A stretch of 64,000 nucleotides of DNA, from NCBI GenBank assembly GCA_028534125.1, contig CM052816.1:6946001-7010000 (forward strand), in the 5' to 3' direction. Every line of letters starts with the position of its first letter. The first letter of the stretch is position 1. This document shows, in pieces, positions 27,930-38,667 of the stretch. A program made the translations under genes and the position numbers. The notes under the pieces are model-generated. The model was given only the letters and a program-made list of their open reading frames with translations, had not been told where the DNA came from and ran no database searches. This stretch comes from Lama glama. Lineage: Eukaryota.

Positions 27930-29957
27930 TAGCTGTGGGAACCTTCAGTGGCTCCCTATTGACTCCTTGCTATGAAGAAGTAATCTGTATCTGACAAACC
28001 TTCCTACTGAGAACAACTATAAAAACTGGATCAAAAACAAAATCAGGAATTTGAAGGCAATGGGGAACAACAAGGCAGCCATGACTTAGAGGGCCAGAAG
28101 AAAAGAAAGCATATTGAAGTTGGTCTTAAATTGGTGCTTTCTCCACTCAGGGCATTTTCTGATTCTCACTGCAGAACAAAAAGGTAAAAACAGAAAGTAG
28201 TCACCAAGCAGTTCTACTGGGCTAGAAGGACAAAAAATGAGTTGGAGGCAGCCAGAAATTAAAGAGCCAATATCCTAGAGATAAAGGAACCACAGGAAAG
28301 TGAGCCCAACATTTTGCATGGAGTTCTTCAGTGTGTTAGCAAAATTATCAGATGCACATGTATGTGGTAAGAGTCTGAGAAGACCAAGCAAACCTAGCTG
28401 ATACCCTCCTCTAGGAGGTGGACTCATTTTCCTCTCCTTGAGTAAGAGCTGACTTCCTTCCGAACAACAGAGAATGAGAATGGAAAAAATGGTAACTTTG
28501 CAGTCAAGGAACCTGTCAAACACTACCCTACTCAAATCCACAGCAATAAGTCATGGGAATATCATGTGACAGTAAAAGCACTTCACCATTGTGATATCCT
28601 TGCAAAAACTCACAACCTCAGTCTAATCACGAGAGAAAAAAAATCAGTTAAATTCAACCAAATGACATTCTACAAAATACCTGACCAGGACTCTTCAAAA
28701 CTGTTAAGGTCATGAAAAACAAGGGAAGCTAATAATCTGTCACAGTTGAGAGGAGACTAAAGAGACGTGATGACTAAATGTGATGTGCTGGCCTAGATTG
28801 GATCCTGGGACAGTAAAAGGACAATCAAGAAAAAACTGGAGAAATCCAAACAAAGTCTATAGTTTAGATGATAGTAAGGTACCAATATTTCTTCCTTAGT
28901 TCTAACAAATGTACCATGGTATGTAAGAAGTTAACACTGGGAAAACTGGGTGAAGGGTATATGGGAATCTTCTGTAAATCTAAAAATAAAACAAAATGAA
29001 TGATAGTGATCAGGGAGGATGGTCAGGGAAGGCTTCATTACAAAATAAAATTAAAAGGTTGTTTTTGATAAAGCAGTTGCTAAGAGGTAAAAAAAAAAAA
29101 GCTGAGCAATGATTTTTCACAGTCCCATAGTATTGGGGAAACAAAAGTTGGAGTTCAGGGCCCGCCACAGAGGAGGTACTGCTTTTCAATTGAGACCCCA
29201 GTGGACTGTGTCCAAGGATTAAAGAGAATGAGAAACAGACACTCCTCACAAAGCCTGAAACACAGCTTCAAATCATCTCAATCCATGGTTGGATCAAGGT
29301 GATCCATCCATACTCCGCCAGCCATGAGGAAATTCAATCCTTTCTAAAAGATAACATGATTCAGAGCCACCATAATTTTTCATAGACAATTTAAGGTATT
29401 CACTGAAAAAATAACAGCATGATAGTACACAGACACAATTGACCTAAATCCAATTTTTAAAACACCAGGCAATAGAAACATAATAATAGATAACCCAGAC
29501 TCTAGAATTATCAAACAGGAACTGTAAAATAATTATAAATAATATGCTCCAGAAAACAGATGAAAAGATGGAGAATATCTTCAGAGAACAAGAATCTATA
29601 AAAAAAAAAGCAAGTGGAAATGCCAACCTGAAAATTAAGACAGTTGAAATTAATTCAATAGTAAGTGTAAAACCAGACTAAACACAGCAAAGAGAAGATA
29701 AGTCAAAAGAGTGGGAAAGATCCAGAATGATGCAGAGTGGGGTGGGGGTAAGAACAGAAAATGCAGAAATATGCATAAGCAAGATAAGGAACATGTTGAA
29801 AGGCCTTAAGCATGAAATTAGGATTCTAGATAGACAGGAAACAGTGAAGAAGCAATAATTAAAGAAAGACTGACTATTGATGAAATACATCAAGACACAA
29901 ATTCAAAAGGCTCTATAATTCCCAAGCAGGATATTCTTAAAGAAAACCAAACCTAGG
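27930..29957 (+). mobile_element. Old L1 5'/ORF1-region remnant, interrupted by an L1MC/MD-like 3' fragment (~28400-28995)
   Basis: Degenerate L1 ORF1-like purine-rich text (…gaaaaccaaacctagg|cacgtcat). The inner fragment has old L1 3'UTR text (gacattctacaaaatacctgaccag...cttcaaaactgttaaggtcatgaaaaacaagg). Confidence 0.55.
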
Positions 29958-30730
29958 AAGCCACTGTGGATGGAAGCAGATCGAAGCTGCAGTGGAGGGA
30001 ACGCAGTCCCAGCATTATGAGGACAACCCAGAGGGCAGCAGGTGCAGGTGTGAAAAAGGATATGGGCACTTGTCTGCTTCAGTATGACTGTGTGCTCCAG
30101 GAAAGGAAGTACCCTGGGCAGTGTCCAAAGGGAGGAGACCGCAGAGCTTTGAAATACCAATTTCTCCAATGTAAAAGAACAATGTTCTTTTATAAGATTC
30201 AAAATCAAGATTCAAAGAAAAGGATATTGATACCATTGTGTTGAAACCAAGATGAAAACAGTAAAGGATTTTCTCTGGTAATTAAAACAGAAGACAAAAT
30301 AGGAAACTTACTTATTGCTACATCTGTTTGGCTGGACCACTTTTTCCCTTCATGAAACACCAGAGAAAATGGATGAGTTCTGTTGTTTAATATGTATAAA
30401 GTAAATGATTCTCTTGCTTTAAGTTATTTTTAGAAGAAAAATTTAATTGAACAGTTATGGACTGGGAGCATAATAAATGTGTTTTGAAAATTGTTCTGAA
30501 GCACAAAGAATGAAAAGATTGTCATTTTCAAACTTGACTCTTCAACCAAATGACATAATTTGTACATCCTTTGTGAATATTATGAGGGCCACTGGTGGGA
30601 CTGATATAATCAATAATTTGCAACCTGGTAAGAAAATGTATATTGGGAAAGTTTAGGATAAAATTTTCTTTTATTCAATCTGTCCTATTTAGTTCTAAAA
30701 TAAATGGTGTTTGATTCCTTAGGAAGAAAA
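29958..30730 (+). pseudogene. Processed retrocopy of an unidentified transcript
   Basis: 20-bp TSD with one mismatch (29938-29957 / 30731-30750). GC-rich 5' end, AT-rich 3' end, AATAAA at 30699-30704 followed by a decayed A-tract. Confidence 0.72.
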
Positions 30731-30779
30731 TAAAGAAAACCAAAACTAGGCACGTCATATAAAACAGATAAAAACCTAA

Positions 30780-32035
30780 AGAAGTCACACTCCCTGACTT
30801 CAGAGTATACTACAAACCTACAGTAATCAATACAGTATAGTACTGGCACAAAAGCAGACACATAGATCAATGGAACAGAATAGAGAGCCCAGACATAAAC
30901 CCACGCACTTACGGACAATTAATCTACAACAAAGGAGGCAAGAATATACAATGGAGAAAGACAGTTTCTTCAATAAGTTGATATATACAAGATCTTGTGG
31001 TAGCTCACAGGGAAAAAAAATGTGACAATGAATATATGTATGTTCACGCATAACTGAAAAATTGTGCTCTGCACTGGAATTTGATACAACATTGTAAAAT
31101 GACTGTAACTCAATAAAAAAAGTTAAAAAAAATAAGTTGTGCTGGAAAAACTGGAAAGCTACATGTAAAACAATTGGAACATTCTCTAACACCATACACA
31201 AAAATAAACTCAAAATGGATTAAAGACCTAAGTCTAAGACCAGAAACCATAAAACTCGTGAAAGAACACCTAGGTAAAACACTCTTTGACATAAATTGTG
31301 GCAATATTTTTTTAGATCTGTTTCCTAAAGCAAAGGAAATAAAAACAAAAATAAACAAATGGGACCTAATTAAACTTAAAAGCTTTTGCACAGCAAAGGA
31401 AACCATCAACAAAATGAGAAGGCAGCCTACTGATGGGAAAAAATATTTGCAAATGATATATCCAATAAGGGGGTAATATCCAAAATATATAAACAGCTCA
31501 TACACCTAAACATCAAAAAAAAAACCCCAATTAAAAATGAGCAGAAGACCTGAATAGACATTCTTCCAAAGACACACACATGGCCAACAGACACATAAAA
31601 AGATGTTCAACACTGCTAATCATCAGAGGAAAGCAAATCAAAACCATAATAAGGTATCACCTCACACCTATCAGAATGGCTATCATCAAAAAGCCCACAA
31701 ATAACAAACATTGGTGAGGATATGGAGAAAAGGGAACCCTTGTACACTGTTGGTTGAAATACAAATTGGTGCAGCCACTGTGGAAAACAATGTGGAGGTT
31801 CCTCAAAAAAACTAAAAATAGAATTACTGTAGGACCCAGCAATTCCACTCCTCAGTACATATCCGAAAAAAAAACCCCACTAATTTGAAAAGATACTTGC
31901 ACCCCAATGTTCATAGCAGCATTATTTACAATTGCCAATGCATGGAGGCAACCTAAGTGTCCATCAACAGATAAATGGATAAAGAAGATGTGGTGTATAC
32001 ATACAGTGGAATACTACTCAGCCATAAAAAGACTG
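30780..32035 (+). mobile_element. LINE-1 ORF2 3' portion (disrupted)
   Basis: ORF 31174-31476 (LTPYTKINSKWIKDL..RPETIKLVKEHLGKTLFDI..KAKEIKTKINKWDLIKLKSFCTAKETINK) is clearly L1 ORF2. Confidence 0.95.
30981..31130 (+). mobile_element. Younger L1 3' terminus nested in the L1 above
   Basis: 9-bp TSD AATAAGTTG (30972-30980 / 31131-31139), AATAAA and A-tail. Confidence 0.85.
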
Positions 32036-32069
32036 AGTATATATAATATATAGTATAATATATATATTA

Positions 32070-32900
32070 GAAAAAAAAAGAAAAATTAAAAATCAATTAT
32101 CTAAGTATCCATTTCAAGAAGCCAGAAAAACAAGCAAATTATCACCCTTCCTCAAAAAAATGTTTGAGAGTGGAAAAAAAGGAATAGAAAATAAATTTAT
32201 AATATAGGAAAAAAGCTGGTTATTTGAAGAGACAAAAAAAAAGGCTAACCCCAGAAGAATAATCAAGAAAAAAGAGAAAGCACAAATTACCAATATGACA
32301 AATTAAAAACAAATTCTGTACACTGACAAGATAAGAGAGTGATAGCAATTCAATGTGAAAATGTATCTAAAATAGACAGATTTTAGGAAAAATACAACTT
32401 ATTAAAGGTGGCACAAGAAGAAATACATATACAATCTTAACAGTCCTACATATATTAAATAAATTAAATCTGTAAATTGAAAACTTCTACTAAGAAACCA
32501 CTGGGCCCAGATGGCTTCATCAATGAACACTTGCAACCATTTAAAAAAGAAATAACACTAATCTCATAGAGACAGTTCTAAAGAAAAGAGAAAACAATCA
32601 CCACTTGTTGATGAAGCCACCACAATCTTTATACCAAAACCCTAAAAAGACATTTTTTTAAAGGAATGATACTGGTTAATTCCTCTCATGAATAAAGATG
32701 ATTTTAGACAGAAACAAGCAAATTAGAAGTAACAGAAATTAGAATAGTAGGTCCCTTAGGCAGATAATGACTGGGAGGTGATATGAGGTAGGCTTCTCAA
32801 GTGCTGGTAATGTTATGATATGGATACCTTCCCTTTTGTAAATAATTGATCAAAACTTATGCACTTTATATATGTGTATTTCCATTTTAAATGGCTTTTA
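32070..32900 (+). mobile_element. Old L1 ORF2/3' remnants
   Basis: Degenerate L1 ORF2 text (ctgggcccagatggcttcatcaatgaa...ttaaaaaagaaataacactaatctc...ataccaaaaccc). Confidence 0.6.
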
Positions 32901-34479
32901 AACATGCAGTACAAGAATCTCTTTTCATCACCTCCTCCCTCCAAGCAACACTGTTTACATGCTCTTTCTATTTTATCAACTGCCTTAGTTTCTGGCATGG
33001 AGAAAGAATCTAAATATTTGTTACAAACTGAATGAACAAATCTTTAGTTACACATGTAAAACCTCAGCACCATGTCAGACATACAGCCAGTGCTCAAAAC
33101 ATGCGTCCTTTTAAAACTAATGAATGAACCACTGAGCGAAAACTCAGGGAAAAAAAGGCCATATCCTCTGCCAAGCCTTGATGCCAAAAATCCTTGCTGG
33201 AGACAGTGGAAGATGAAAGACCCAGTAAGAGGAATGGACTGAATGAGCATGAAGTAAGAGTTAAGGGCAGACTGAGAAGAAAGTAGGCGGGGGAAAGGCA
33301 GAGGTGGTTTGAGAGGAAAATGGAAATAAAGTACAAGGAGGTAATGAAAAGTCCTGAAAAGTCTAATGTGGATGTCAAGAGGTTAGAGCACGGTACAAGT
33401 ACAGACTTGGCTGCAAAAGAAAATCCAGGAGTCTTCAAGCAGAAAGCCAAGGTCTGATTAGCCTTGATATGAAACTTTTTTTTCTCTCTGATCCTACCTT
33501 CTCTTCTTTTAGTTTAGGTCCTGGAGTGAAGGGGTTGGGAGCCATGACTTGAGAGGCAGGAGTTCTGAGTTCTAGATTCAACTTTGTGGTGACACCTTAA
33601 GCCAGCTGCAACACTTTCCTGGTTCCTGGGTGACCTGTCAGTAAAACGGGAGGAAAGGTCTCTCAGTACTTTATGCATGTACTCCTTATGACTAAAAATT
33701 TTCTGGTGCCACTGAGATTTCCTAAGTAGTTCTGAGTTCTCTTCTTTAAAGCACAAAGAATAGACTATTGCTTTGTAATTAAAAAAAAAAAGGGAGCAAG
33801 TGTATTCTCTAAGTTGAGTTAGGAAAGGTTGGCAGTAAGCCTCAGCTCCTTGGAGGAAAGGCTCTTCCATAGTCCATTTTCAGACCTGTATTCATCATAA
33901 TACTTCAGCACAATTAGGCAAGCTGCTCAGTTGCTCCAAATATCCATCTCTCTTTACAAAGTATCACTAGAGCCTGTCAAAGCAGTGTTGAAGCCTCCAG
34001 CACTCTCCTCTGTGAATGTCATTCTGGACAGTGGCTTGCCATGGTGTTAATTACATTAGCTGGCTCAGGACAACATAATATCACCTGATTAACACTATTT
34101 CTTCCCCTGCTTTTCTTCTCTTTAGGCCCTCTACCTAAATTGTTTTGTTCTTCTTTCATTTATTCACTCATTCATCCTTGCAAGAAATATTTACTGAGCA
34201 CTTCCTAAGTGCCAGGCACCGTGCCAGGCACAGTACAAGTCAGATAAAGCCCTTCCTTCGTAAATTTCCTTAACCTTCATCTTAGTTGGAGGAAAAAAAA
34301 AGTGGTAAGATCCTTTAGCCATATTTAGGGTACCTATATTCTTATCTCAATTCTGTTACTAGTCTAAGGAGTAAAGTTGCTTAACCTCTCTGGATATAAT
34401 TTTCCTCTTCTGTAAATAAAAGAATGGAATAAGAGGATTCTCTAAGAATCTCTCACACGGATTTTTTTTTCTATAGCTT

Positions 34480-35150
34480 CTAACTAGTCTCTAGCTTTCA
34501 TTTTTGCCTCTCCTTCCCACACATCTTACTCTAAAGACAGTAGCCAGGTTAATCTTACTAAAATGTTGTCAGGTCTTGTTACTGCTCTGCTTAAAACCTG
34601 CCAATGGGTCTCACTCAAAATACAACCCAAAATCCTTACTATGCTTTGCAGGTAGTCCATGATCTGGCCCCTAGCTACTTCCTAACCTCTCTCCTGGCAC
34701 TCTTTCCTTCACTCACTCCATCCAGGCACACTGTCCTCCTTGCTGTTTCTTGCACAGCATACTCCCCTCTCAGGGCCTTTGCATTAGCTGCCTGGAAAGC
34801 TCTTCTTCCCCTCCCCGGGGTTCACAAGGTTTGTTCCCTCACTTCCTACAGTCATTTGTTCAAATGTCTCCTTTTCAGAAGGCATTCCCTCATATGACCA
34901 CCCTGTATAAAACAGCATCTCTGTATTACTCTCCACCCTTTACCCTACTTTTTTCTTTTTAATCCTTATGATTGCATAATACATCATAATTTACTTGTTT
35001 ATCTTCTGTCTCTCTCTACTAGAAGATACACTCCACTAAAATTGGGATCTTAACCTGTTTTGTTCTCTGCTGTAGCCCCAGTGCCTAGAGTAGTGCCTGA
35101 CATACAGTAAATGCTCAATAAATGTTTGCAGAATAAGTGAAAAAATGAAT
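34480..35150 (+). mobile_element. LINE-2 3' end
   Basis: ctctgcttaaaacctgccaatgg...cagggcctttgcattagctg...cccagtgcctagagtagtgcctgacatacagtaaatgctcaataaatgtttg. Confidence 0.85.
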
Positions 35151-38100
35151 CTCCTCTAGTAATAAAATAAGTCTCAGTGTATATCAAAATTTATTTATAT
35201 TTAGAAGGATTCAAATCTGGTTACTGGGACCTATAAGAGAGCAATCAATTACTGGAATTAGGCTACAGAGAATACGTATCAATAAAAATGGACCATCAGC
35301 TGAAGCCAATCTATTTCATTCCACTAGAGTTCTTTTTCATAGCCTTGTAATCCCAGTAAGATCAGACCTGGATGCCATTGCTTCTATGCAGCTTTTTGTG
35401 GTAAGAAGAGTGGGCATGCTTGTCGTCATTTGGCTTAGGCCAGAGAAGTTTGGTCATTTATCCCATGTCAGCCAGGCTTTTTGAGGCAGAGATAAAATAA
35501 GAGCATAAATTCCAGACCCCCAAGACTTGGTTGTTTATTTTCAAAAGTGACCTACACAAGACAGGAAGATGTGGGTATACTGCATGTAGACATAAGAAAT
35601 ATGAGGTATTAGGTAAAAAGTGAAGATTCACAACCATGAGGAATTTTTCCCACTGAACCTCTGAAGTGACTGCATGTTCCAGAGATTCGGAGTATTGTTT
35701 ATCTTACACATTGTCATATCTCCAATGCTTGGCACGAGCTCAGTTCACGTGTGCTGATTAAATAAAAGTAGCAGCCTCGTATTAAACAAAAGCCTACCAG
35801 AAAACAAGTAACAATCACTCTCGTTTCCTGCACAGGCCACAACTTTAAAGCCATTCACACCCCAAAACAGCAACACCCTCACACACATGCACACACAACA
35901 TCCCTTGAAGGAGAAGAAAAAGGAATTCTACACACTTCATCTACACCTACCTACACAGGTGCTTCCTAGCCAGGTGAGAAGCAAGAACGAAGTTTCCAGC
36001 TCACATTTTGTTTCAGTACCTCCAGGGACAAGTGTGACACACACAGATGCAGACATATACGCCTATGTGGACAGAGACCCATTTACAAACACAAATGTAC
36101 AAATACATATATGCACCTCACACTCACTTCAGAATTAGGCCAGATATAAATCACAAATCAATGTATATACACAGAAATATGCATGCTTGTCTTTTCCAAG
36201 CAAATCACATATATGTACATACACAAGTACAAAAACACAGTCACAAAGATAATATTTACCTCAAAGTTTGACTATGAGAAGTAAATTAGATTCTGTTAAC
36301 TGCACAGTAGTGCCTGGTCCATAGAAAGCATGCTAATAAAGATTAATGATACACCAGACAGATAGAGAGATACAGATTGATCACATAAATTTGTATCAGA
36401 CTCATGTATATATCTACCTTTAAAACAAAAGTTCCTTCTCAGTCACTACTCAGAATCTCATGGAAAGTCTAAGCAACCGATCACTGTTCTGGTGTGTGGG
36501 AGCCAATAAAAGAGGAAGTAATGTAGGGTGTGCTGTAACAGTGAAGGGGAGGGTGGTTAGGGCAGATAATCACTGTGATAGGAGGTTAGTGAACAAAGCT
36601 TTCCAGACTTCTTTGCTAGGGAGAAGGCCCAGGCTTCGAGGGAACTGAGCTGTTAAGAACAATTCTACGGAAAACCAGCCTCCAAAAACTCAAAAGAAGG
36701 AGTTCCGAAAGCTGCTAAGTGAGAGGGAGGGGTTATCTCCTTTCAGTGGGCTGGGAGAGAGAGAGACCCCAGAGTTCCAGCCAGTTCAAATCAGCCAGAA
36801 AATCCTGCAGAGGCTATTAATCTACTAAAGTCCAGTAGCTTGGAGAAAATCTGATTAACTCCACCTTCCCAGCTGGGCTTTAGAGTGAAATGTATAGCTG
36901 GTTTTTGAGATTCAAATAACCTGGGAAAACTGAAGCAGAAGGAAGAAAAAACAGAGAGTGGGAGTTACAAGTATGAGATACCTGCATTTACCACTTGGCA
37001 CTATCATTATTTTGTAGCAAGCCACAGCTCTCTGAGGATCTGTTTCCTCAGCATGTGAATGTAACTAAAACTGTCTCCTGCCCAGCTGAAAGAAGGCATA
37101 TATTCCTTATCTTCCCAAAAGGTACCAGCAGTGAGGCCAGTACTGCTCCCTCTGAGCACTGGAAACTGTTCAAGGAATTTCTTCTGTATTTTCCTGCTGC
37201 AGTGCCCCTGGAGAGGGAGAGGAGGGATCTGCTTTTATTGACCAGACTTCTTACTGAAACCCCCCCCTTTTTTTTTCTGGAACCAAATATTACAACTTCA
37301 GAGCTCTAAAGAAACTCAAGAGATCTGGTTCAATTCTTTGCTTTTAAGATATGAACCGAGCCCAGAAGCACGTCTGAACTGGAACCTGTGGTGTTTGTTT
37401 TACTCACATACAACTACATTCTTTAAAAATCAATGCAATATTCTGAGAGATCTAGAGAAATTAACTCCATAACCTCCCCTACTCCACCGCCCGCCTGCGA
37501 TGGAGAGGGGAGTCACGGATCTCGACCAGCACTCTAAGCGTTAAACTCAACCCAGAATCTAACACGCGATTGGCCAAACACCGGGAAAAGATCTGGTTTT
37601 CGCAGCCGCGGGCCAATGAGCACCTCGAGTGGGAGGGTTTGAAGATACTAAGGAGTTTTCCCCCCTTTTTTTCTCTCCACCGCCCCCCTCAACCATCAGC
37701 CATCGCCTGCCCGCCCCCTCCTTCCCAATTCCCTACGCCGCCAGTTTGTTAAATTAATGCAGTAAGAAAGTCTGGAGATCTAAAGGAGTCCTGGCCAAAG
37801 GAAGATGGGCGAGCTCAGAAAACAGAGATGCATCTGAAGCCTTGGGCTCCTGAGCCCTGCGGGGTCGCCATGGACCCCGGCAGCCTCTGAAACTTGCCCT
37901 GAGCTCTCTCATGCCTGCAGCCCCGAGCAATGGGACACCTTTTCTGCAGTGATCATAACTTATTCGGCGGGGACAGGAGAACAGGGATCGCAAGGCGACA
38001 GCAGACGGGTACGCAGGCAGGGGAACGAGATTCCGGGACTCCGTCACGATGCGCCAACCTGGCACATTCTCCGGGATTTAACTGAAGGCAGCACCGTCAA

Positions 38101-38329
38101 TCGCTTCCCCTCGCCCCTAACCCCTCAAGCCAGCCCAGGGGCATAAAGCCCTGTTCTCTCTACCCAGGATGCTCGCCCAATCTAACGGTCCGAGGCCAGC
38201 GCTCTGATCTCCAAAGAAGATTTTTTTTTCTTTCACGGAGCTGGCCGTTTAAACAAAAAAAAAAAACAGGGGTAAAAAAGAAAATATACCCACCCCAAAC
38301 GTGCCTCCCCAGCGCCGCAGGGAGCCAAC

Positions 38330-38611
38330 AGACACGCTGGAGTTTAACAAACAGCAATACTCTTCGCGCTCCTGAAAAGCAGGGCTGGACGCTCTCCGTG
38401 GTGCTGAAACGCCTCGAGGCTGCCTCTGTCCGTGGTACCTACAGCCCACTACATCCAATATCCCCTGGGGCTCTCCTTACGAGCCCCTGTTCCCCACCTC
38501 CCCATAGCATCTGGATTATTTTTTTCAACAGCGCTCGCTGGTTTTGTAAGTGCCAATTCGAAACATTTTGCCCTTATAACTCGTGGACTACAAAGCACAA
38601 GGACCTGAAAA
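38330..38611 (+). other. GLRA1: GLRA1 5'UTR part of exon 1 (start approximate)
   Basis: Matches my recollection of the human GLRA1 5'UTR (...ggttttgtaagtgccaatt.gaaacatttt...ataactcgtggactacaaagcacaaggacctgaaaaATG). The TSS cannot be fixed from sequence alone. Confidence 0.7.
38388..38408 (-). promoter_or_regulatory. RE1/NRSE (REST binding site)
   Basis: Minus strand reads TTCAGCACCACGGAGAGCGTC, 19/21 to consensus TTCAGCACCACGGACAGCGCC. An NRSE in the GLRA1 5'UTR is established. Confidence 0.92.
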
Positions 38612-38667
38612 ATGTACAGCTTCAATACTCTTCGACTCTACCTTTGGGAGACCATTGTATTCTTCAG
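38612..38667 (+). CDS. GLRA1: Glycine receptor alpha-1, coding exon 1 (signal peptide start; partial CDS)
   Basis: ATG TAC AGC TTC AAT ACT CTT CGA CTC TAC CTT TGG GAG ACC ATT GTA TTC TTC AG = MYSFNTLRLYLWETIVFF(S), the GLRA1 N-terminus. Followed by donor CAG|GTATGC at 38668 (phase 2). Confidence 0.97.

Noticed and set aside
29966..30244. 92-aa ORF in the retrocopy as an intact retrogene
   Set aside because: Non-ATG start and no recognisable homology. The other frames have multiple stops. Coding status cannot be supported without a search.
31110..31848. L1-derived ORFs as functional genes
   Set aside because: 5'-truncated, frameshifted ORF2 fragments or their antisense shadows.
35860..36250. 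CA-rich stretch upstream of the promoter
   Set aside because: Degenerate low-complexity (CA/TA)n sequence with no higher-order structure visible.
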